64,000 nucleotides of DNA from Crocinitomicaceae bacterium (GTDB taxonomy: Bacteria > Bacteroidota > Bacteroidia > Flavobacteriales_D > Crocinitomicaceae): positions 49,383-113,382 of the forward strand of contig JAURMI010000007.1 in NCBI GenBank assembly GCA_030830785.1. The letters run 5' to 3'. Numbering within the stretch: position 1 is the stretch's first letter; each line of letters opens with the position of its first letter. The position numbers and the translations under genes are program-made. The notes beneath the pieces were generated by a model, which was given only the letters and a program-made list of their open reading frames with translations, was not told the DNA's origin and did not search any database. Shown piece after piece: positions 1 to 8,000 of this stretch.

Positions 1-546
1 AGGGCAGACAATCTCTAAATCAATAATGAGTTGTCGCACACCTTCTAGGTCATTTTTCTCAAGGGCATTTTTCATGCGCTTTTCAATGTTTTCAATTTTT
101 TCTTGATTGCGCAAGACATTTGGGTTCGTTACCCTAAATTGAACTTCATCAAAGGATTCACCAAAACGTTTACGTCCTTTTTCTACTTCCTTTTCAATTT
201 TTTGTCTCAATTTTTCAATATGATCCTCAAGCAAAACATCCGCACGATAGCGTTTTTTTGAATCTTTATTATCGATAAGCGGATCATTGAAGGCATCTAC
301 ATGGCCAGAAGCTTTCCATGTCGTAGGGTGCATAAAAATAGCCGAATCTAGCCCAACAATATTCTCATGGAGTTGCACCATCGATTTCCACCAATACAAT
401 TTGATGTTGTTTTTAAGCTCAGCACCCATTTGTCCATAGTCATAAGTAGCGGCTAATCCGTCATAAATTTCTGACGACGGAAAAACAAATCCATATTCTT
501 TAGCGTGTGAAATGAGATCTTTTAGGCGGTCTTTTTGTGCTTCCAT
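1..546 (-). CDS. glyQS: Glycine--tRNA ligase (alpha2/eukaryotic-like type), 5' part; runs off the window edge
   Basis: Manual translation from ATG at 546: MEAQKDRLKDLISHAKEYGFVFPSSEIYDGLAATYDYGQMGAELKNNIKLYWW...WKASGHVDAFNDPLIDNK; not in the ORF track because it is truncated. Confidence 0.95.
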   Translation of the reverse strand, partial: MEAQKDRLKDLISHAKEYGFVFPSSEIYDGLAATYDYGQMGAELKNNIKLYWWKSMVQLHENIVGLDSAIFMHPTTWKASGHVDAFNDPLIDNKDSKKRYRADVLLEDHIEKLRQKIEKEVEKGRKRFGESFDEVQFRVTNPNVLRNQEKIENIEKRMKNALEKNDLEGVRQLIIDLEIVCP

Positions 547-551
547 AGCCG

Positions 552-559
552 CAAAGATA
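552..559 (-). promoter_or_regulatory. Bacteroidota -7 promoter element TATCTTTG for glyQS, 5 nt before the ATG
   Basis: Exact match to TAnnTTTG on the minus strand. Confidence 0.75.
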
Positions 560-581
560 CGAAAAGCACTATTTTTACTCT

Positions 582-1334
582 ATGATTTTTTACTTCAACC
601 AAAAGCAATTTATTGACACTTCCTTGGCATTGGATATTTCTATGCCACTTAGTGCTAATTCAGATAATCCACGTGCGTGGTATGTCGATGAACCACGAAT
701 GGAACCAGTGAGGGCAAATGGATTTATTGGAAGTGTTTTAGAAGGTGGAGCAGTGAATTTTAGGGATATTTATTTTAATCCTCATGGTCACGGCACACAT
801 ACTGAGTCTTATGGGCATATTAGTGAAGAATTTTATCCGGTGAGTGAGGCAATTAATGAATATTTTTACGGCGCCACTTTAATTAGCGTAGAACCCAGGA
901 TTTTACCAAATGGAGATCGAGTGGTTTTTGCTGATCAATTGAACTCGCTGGTTAAAGGTGCTTTTTCAGATGCGATCATAATAAGGACCTTGCCAAATGA
1001 TTCACTAAAACTTACAAGGAACTATTCGGGCACAAATCCATGCTATTTCGATCTAGAAGTCGTGAAGGTTTTAAATCAAATGGGGGTAAAACATTTTTTA
1101 GTCGATACGCCTTCTGTTGACCGTGAAGAAGATGGCGGCGCATTGGTTTTTCATCACGCATTTTGGAATTATCCAAATTTCGTTAGAAAAGATCGTACAA
1201 TTACAGAATTGGTGTTTGTCTCAGATGAAATTTTGGACGGGCAGTATATATTGGAGCTTCAAGTAGCACATTTTGTCAATGATGCCGCACCGAGTAGGCC
1301 CTTACTATATTCTATAAACGAAAAAAAGGACTGA
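582..1334 (+). CDS. Cyclase family metal-dependent hydrolase (kynurenine formamidase-like)
   Basis: HGHGTHTES metal-binding motif, DTPSVD, ITELV, DAAPSRP. Confidence 0.85.
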   Translation: MIFYFNQKQFIDTSLALDISMPLSANSDNPRAWYVDEPRMEPVRANGFIGSVLEGGAVNFRDIYFNPHGHGTHTESYGHISEEFYPVSEAINEYFYGATLISVEPRILPNGDRVVFADQLNSLVKGAFSDAIIIRTLPNDSLKLTRNYSGTNPCYFDLEVVKVLNQMGVKHFLVDTPSVDREEDGGALVFHHAFWNYPNFVRKDRTITELVFVSDEILDGQYILELQVAHFVNDAAPSRPLLYSINEKKD

Positions 1335-1350
1335 AATTTCAGCCCTTTTT
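1321..1350 (-). terminator. Intrinsic terminator, best on the minus strand, possibly bidirectional
   Basis: Minus-strand RNA GGGCUGAA-AU-UUCAGUCC followed by U7 (contains a G-U pair); plus strand has one mismatch and a T5 tail. Confidence 0.75.
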
Positions 1351-1389
1351 CCTAGTAGTAGACAAAACTGTCTGAGTGGTGCAAATTTT

Positions 1390-1534
1390 AAATAAGACAG
1401 GAACTTCTTGTACATATTCCTTTCGGACGTAGACAAAAACTATTAAACTCTTATCAAACTAGAAAATGAAACTGCCTCTCCAAGCAGTCTGTCAACTTCT
1501 ACGTACAAGAAGAATCCTGTTTCTCTCCTTATTT
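1390..1534 (-). ncRNA. Candidate structured non-coding RNA, family not recognised
   Basis: Long-range pairing 1390-1413 with 1503-1534, internal UCC-GAAA-GGA hairpin and AGACUGC/GCAGUUU hairpin on the minus strand. Confidence 0.5.
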
Positions 1535-1598
1535 CAATTCTAAAATAAGTTGTATTCAATTAATTAAATACCACAAATGAACATCCTGCGATATTAAT

Positions 1599-1628
1599 TG
1601 AATATTGAACTAAATTGTATGAATATTG
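1599..1628. promoter_or_regulatory. Direct repeat TGAATATTG x2 with a 12-nt spacer, putative regulator binding site
   Basis: Perfect 9-mers at 1599-1607 and 1620-1628. Confidence 0.4.
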
Positions 1629-1639
1629 TTTTTTGAACC

Positions 1640-2083
1640 TCAATCAAAAAACATCCTTCCATTGATCCACTCCGGATCGAGTGTAGCATGGTTTCGTCTG
1701 TAGAATCTCAGCGCTGTTTGGTTCCAATCTAATACTTGCCAGTCCATGCGTTTTACACCCATAGACTTTGCTATAGAAACTACTTCATCAAACAAGGCTT
1801 GGCCGTAGCCTTTTTTACGTTCTGATTCTTGCACATAGAAATCTTCTAAGTACAGACATCGGCCTTTCCATGTTGAATAAGAATAGTAATATAGGGCAAA
1901 ACCAACTACAATTCCTTGCTCATTTTCGGCAACAATTGCCTTGCAGATTTCATCGTTGAACAAATCTATGTGCAGTTGTTCAGGGGTATTGATGACTTGT
2001 TCTGGTGCGCGCTCAAAGGAGGCCAATTCTTGAATTAGACCAAAAATAGCGTCAATGTCTTGAGGTTGTGCAGCGCGAATCAT
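1640..2083 (-). CDS. GNAT family N-acetyltransferase (diamine/spermidine acetyltransferase-like)
   Basis: YSTWKGRCLYLEDFYV, RKKGYG acetyl-CoA motif, WQVLDWN. Confidence 0.9.
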   Translation of the reverse strand: MIRAAQPQDIDAIFGLIQELASFERAPEQVINTPEQLHIDLFNDEICKAIVAENEQGIVVGFALYYYSYSTWKGRCLYLEDFYVQESERKKGYGQALFDEVVSIAKSMGVKRMDWQVLDWNQTALRFYRRNHATLDPEWINGRMFFD

Positions 2084-2095
2084 CCTAACTCTGAA

Positions 2096-5000
2096 TTATT
2101 TTAGACCGTTGAGGTCAAAACGAAGTGTCACCCCGGTTTTGAGGTTGCCTGTTGGGTAGCTCAACGATACTTTTGGCGTGTTGATGAACTGCTCATAGTA
2201 GAAAATAGCGCTGAGGTATTCGTTGAGTTTATAGTTGGCATCTAGTTTAAAACTCACCGTGGTTTGACCAGCAGTAGCCATATTGGTATTTTCTACTACC
2301 TTTCTAATTACAGTAGCATTGTCTCTGAAAGAGAAATTTACATTAATCAAAAGATCACTAGCATCAACACTACGCACAAGTTTAAGTTTAGGTACATTCA
2401 CTACAGTACCCACCACAATCTCTTGCCCCAAGGTTTCGGTAACTTGGTTGTTATTAAGTGAAAGTGTGGCTTGTCTATCCTTTTTATATTCAAAGTTTGT
2501 GGTAATGTTTTTTCCACCAATTTTCCAAGTGGCAAGCATTCCAATCAAAGGCGAGAATCGCTCTGTTATTGTAATGTTTTGAACTTGCATTTGAGAAATA
2601 AAATTATTGTTTAAATCATATGCTGTTGGCGCTCCATTTGCATCGAGCGTGGCGTTCAAATTGGTTTGCATTCCATTGACTGAAATAGAGGAATTGTACC
2701 CATGATTGAGTTTAAAAGATTTAACAACATCCTTTGCAAAAGCAAATTTGCTGAGCCCCGCGTAGTTAATAGTCCAGTTGGGCATAGGCAAGCTACTTCT
2801 AGGATTTATTGTTTGGCTATTGATCGCAGAATTGGTGTAAGCCGTTAAAAATGAACCTATTAAAACTTCTTGTTGTGTCAGTGAATAGCCTTCATAGAAA
2901 CCATTTGGCAAAGAACTTGAATTGGCATTTGAGGCACCAATTAATTGTGAAACTTGTTGGCTGTTGTTTATCATTTGTTGGAAAATGGGCGAGCGGAAAG
3001 AGCTGTCCATTTTAACAAAAGCAGTACCCCAAGAAAGTGTGGTATAGGTCAGCGTACTACTTTCAAATCTACTTTGATTTTCAAATTCAGATGTAATCGG
3101 ATTCCAACGGAAAAATTCGCCTGCCTGTGTGCTATAATTTCTTGAAAGATTTAGGTTAATATTCAAATCTTTAAATGGTTCGAGGGTAGCTTTGAGTTGT
3201 AAATTGGCAGTATGATTGATCATAAATTGTTTGTTGAGGTTTTCATTGAAAACCAACCAATTGTTATCGCGTGCAAACTCACCAATGTGATACCCCGTTT
3301 CTCGACCATAAATATCAAAAGCTTGTTTGCCAAAAACAAAAGGGGTGAGGCCTAAGGTGTTGGCATTCATTCCCAGTACGCTTGATTCTTGATTGAATCC
3401 TGGAAGCATTGTACCATCGGACAAAGTGTAAGTCCCGGATATACTGCGTACACTCATCACTAATCTTGCCAAGGTGCCTAAAACTGGATTTACCGGTTCA
3501 CTTTCCTTGGCTTTACGTTCTTCTTCTCTTGCTTGTTTGCGTTCAAATCGGGCAAGCTGTCTTTCATATTGAATACGCTCTTTTTCGGTCATCTCTTCGA
3601 TGGGTTTCTTTGGCTTAAATTCTGGTTTTGCAGGTTGCCCTCCACGGCTAGGACCACCACCCCGAGAACTTGATCTCGCTGCAGTAGACCTCACTGAACG
3701 CCCATCTGCTAGCACCCTTTTGAAAAAAGGTATTTTATTATACAATGTGACTAAATTACCTTGGGCCGTCATATTAATTGAGCGTGAATTTTGAATTGTG
3801 TTGCCAAATTCTGATTGACCCAAAGGTGCTCGTTGCCAATTATATGTCCCTGCATATTTAAGGTTTGAGGACAGCCAAGAGGTAACAGGAAGTTTGTCAA
3901 AAGGAAGTGTATAACTTAAAGAATAGTTATGGGTATAATCCATTGTACGTCCAAAGGTATTCATCTGAGAACGTAAAGTGTCCAAAAATTCTTGGTATCC
4001 TTCAGGATTGGTACGGCGGTCTACACCATGGTTTCCTTCTTCGAAAATTGAATGATTATTCGCAGTAAAGGTGGTTTTGAAGGCCTTGGTAAGGTCATAC
4101 CCAACTTGATAATTTCGGTTCCAATCAAATCGTTTTAAATATATGGGGTCGAAATCATAGTCTGGGACAATGATATTTCTAACTTGCCTTTCGTTATAGA
4201 TTCTCGAGTAATCATTTGTAAAGGTGATGTTTTTAGGGAGGTAAAACAAATTAAAATCTTTAATTGGTTTGAGCCATGGATTTTTTTGCGCAGGTTGCCA
4301 TTTTTTGAATGGTTCCCAGGGTTTACCCGCAAAAGTGTAATTGTAATTGAGTGCTCCTGTCCAGGTGCGTGTCATGTCTGATTTGATGTTGAAATCTCTT
4401 TTCATATTTTCTGCAAAGGCATAGGTTGCAGACCAATTTGAAATGCTCCAGAATTGAGGTTTAGTGCCAGCTTTTGCTTCTTTGCGCACATTAGTGAAGT
4501 TATATGACCTACGCTCTGTAAAGTCTTGCCCTAAACGCATACGTTCTTTACGTGTAGCCAAATCATAATTGGATAGTTTGATATCGGGATTGAAAGGATC
4601 GTATTCTGGATTGATCACACCAATGGAATAACCATAATAGAACGGAAGTGATACTCTTGCTTGCTTACCAAAAAATTGACCTAATTGCATGGTGGTACTG
4701 ATGTCTGCACCCATGCGTTGATTTCTTTGACGATCTTGAACGCGGCTGTCGATTGATCCCCAGTTGATTCCAGAATAGTTTCCTGCCGCTTGTACAGTTG
4801 CAAAATCTGCAAGTTGCAGTTGCATTTGGCCAACAGCAGCCGAGCCACCATCGCTTACAAAATCTGTAAGGCGCATCTCATTTACCCAAACATTGACGCA
4901 TTCTGACTCTCCATTATCGGGGCCCCAAGTGTTGTTTGGATCTGATTTTGACGGATTGCGAACGCCAATCATAATTGTCTTTATCCCTTGCAAATTAGGA

Positions 5001-8000
5001 CTTCCCTTGACTTTTATATGATTTGTAGGATTATTTGGGTCTTCTGTTTGGTATTCAACGACACTTGAAACTCCAGGCACACCTTGCTCTAATTTGGCAT
5101 TGCGCTCCATTTTTAAATCGAGTAACTTGGCAAATTCAATTTCGATGTTATTTGCACTTGGCCATATTAAGTCAGGGTTTGTTACTCCCCAATCGGTAAC
5201 TTTCATAGGCATTTCGTACTCATAATAATTATCGACATAATCTGTGCCAAGTCGGACAAATACGGTGAGTTCATCATCTTTGAGTTGGTTTTGTACAACA
5301 GATTCGGCATGCACAAACATTTTTAATTTTTTGTAAGTGCGCACGTCAAATTGCACATTTCTGTACGCTGCTCGGGCATCTCCATCTTGTAAATTACATA
5401 TTTCGAGTACCAAAGATTGTTCATTCATTTGTCGTTGATAAACTTGAGATGGGTCAATTTCTCGCACGATTCCGGGCGGCACTACATAATTGATGGGCTG
5501 TCGCTGGGCATTTTCCTCTATATTAAGTGCAGCAATATTAAAAGTGGTTAAATTCGGATCAGTCTGAACACTCATCCCTGGTTGAGTTAAATCTTGGAAA
5601 TAACGTCGCCATTCTCCTCTGACAAATTCCAAACGGGCAAAACGCAAGACCACAGGTTCGTCAAAACCTTTTAAATACATGCGCATAAAACGTATTGATC
5701 TAAAATCTTGAATGCCATTGATTCGTTTTTCAAAGTCGCGAATGGGCACTTTGAATTGATACCATGTTTCTGTTTTTGCACCGTTTTGATATACCTGCTT
5801 GTTAGTAATATAGTTACTTCCAACGTTTTGCATATCTGAAGGCCGAAGACTTACTTTATATTGAAAATAAGCTTCAGATTCCGAAAGGTTATTGTCTTGA
5901 TTTATATCCTCAATATCCGGAAAATTAGATGCGATAGTTGGGTATCCCAATGCGTTAGCCGTATCGGACATCTCAGTGGTGGGTGAATTGCCTTGTAGTC
6001 CGTTATATCTTTTATATCGCTCGAGAATATTTAGTAGGGCCGCGTCGTAGTTATCATCGAGGTAATAATTGTAATCATCGGTTGATGGGTCTCCAATCAT
6101 TCGGGCTTTTGTAGCAGCGCTAAGGGTGTTGTTATTTTGAACCCAACTAACATAAGCTGCATAACTTTGACGTTCATCTGTGTTGTCCCAGCCATCGAGC
6201 CCGACATCTTGCTTAATTCGAGCCGCTGGATCGTTGGCAAAAGCATTAACGACAACTTGTTGGGTAGAGACTCTTCCCCATATCGTTGTGTCGATATTGT
6301 CAAGTAAAATAGGGTCCGCATTTGCCGGCAAACCGTGCTCAAAACTTTTTCGGCTATCGGGAAGGATGTCTTCAGAAATATTACCCAAATTAAAATAAAG
6401 ATCACCACCAGTCATTGGCGAATTAGGGTTTTCATTCTCTGCATCTTGATTGAATGGGTCTAGTAACCAAAATTGAATGAATTCAATGTTTGCCAACTCA
6501 AAATCATTGGTGCTCAACCCACGCATGATGCCTCCCCAACGTTCATCTGGATTAATAAAGTTGCCTAGAGAATCAACTGTTGCTGTTGTATCGTAGTTAT
6601 ACATTCCTCGCTCCGAAGGGTAATATGCTAGATCGAGTACGTTTATATTTGAAATAGAGCCATACTGAAGTTGAAGATTAGGGAAAATATCCGTCATTTG
6701 AATAAGCCGCATGCGACTGTCATAAAGCATGGTTGGATCTTGTTTAATGTGAGTTGGTGTGAGCTGATTGCTCTGATAAAAAACGGGGTCGATAGTATAC
6801 CATGCAAGCTTTGCTCTTCTATAGCCAGCGCTTAAATCTTTTTTACTGGCTTCGGGAAATAAGTCAGTTTGACCTTGCGGTATAGATGCTAATCGCCAGG
6901 CAGCAATATTTTTTAAATCAATCGCACTCTGTGAAGCCTCAAAGTCATCTATATAGGATGTGCCTTCTTTGTTAATTGCTTTTGGTTGTCCAGGTTTTAA
7001 GGTCGCAAATTCTCCAGACATGGAAAGCGTCGACATGGTATTTGTAGAAATTACTGGTAATAGATCAACCAATTTGGTTAGTATGGGCACATCGGTAATG
7101 AAGGAAAAATCTGCCCCAAGCACATTATTCTTGAACGGTTCACTACCAAAGTCAACTTTTTGGGTAACAGGACGTTCCATCATTCGCAACCAAGTTGCTC
7201 CAACCTTGAACTTATCATTTATACGATATTGGTATCGCCCCCCCATCATAGAGCGAGCTTGGAATCCAAAAACGGAGTTTGATTCTATTGATATTTTAAT
7301 TGGCGTATTGGATTCAAGAATACCGGTATTTAGAATTTTAACGCGGCTAAACGCGTAATCAACAGTATAATCGACACCTTCCACAAGTCTCATGCCGCCT
7401 GCAGTTACCACAACAGCACCTGGCGGAATATTCATAACATTTAGCGGAATTTCAGAGGAAATAGACGACTGGAATTCTCCTTTAAAAACAAAGCGATTTT
7501 TACTTGGAATTTGTTGGGCTGCGGTTTTAGTTGAATCATATAATTCCGTATAAGAAAGTTGATCGACATAAATTGCCGGAACACCAGCTTGGGTAAGTTT
7601 TTGCCCTAAAGTTTTTCCAAAAGGTTCAACGGTTGTAAAGAAAATCCGTCCATTTTTTCTGTTTATCGTACCACCATTGTCAATTTTATTTCCTACAATA
7701 TTAAAGGGAGCAAAATCAAACACACCATCAGAAAATGGTTGATTGTTTTGGTTGATTTTGTCCATTTCTAATAAAGTGACAATTTGTTTTTTGTCGATAC
7801 CATCAAAAGGCAAAAAAGGCTGTAGAACCGAAGTTTCTCTATTGTTGTAATAAATATCGATTTTAAAGCCTAACTGATCGACTTGATAAGCGCCTATCGA
7901 ATAAACGTTTTTCATCATCAAGTCCCAGATTTTATTTTTAGGATTGGTGATGGTGGGCTTGATTAATTTTAAGATCAAAGCTTCTTGGCCGCTTGCTCCA

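Noticed and set aside
1305..1415. 36-aa minus-strand ORF MYKKFLSYLKFAPLRQFCLLLGKRAEISVLFFVYRI with AAGGA just upstream and its start next to the long stem (type I toxin-like idea)
   Set aside because: It reads through the terminator and into the cyclase CDS antisense, has no clean TM helix, and SD sites are rarely used in Bacteroidota; Ribo-seq would be needed to revive it
1370..1534. Glycine riboswitch resemblance (GGAGAG twice, CCGAAAGG, CUCAG) with glyQS further downstream on the same strand
   Set aside because: Motif order and pairing do not fit the aptamer, a terminator and an antisense gene intervene, and glyQS has its own adjacent promoter
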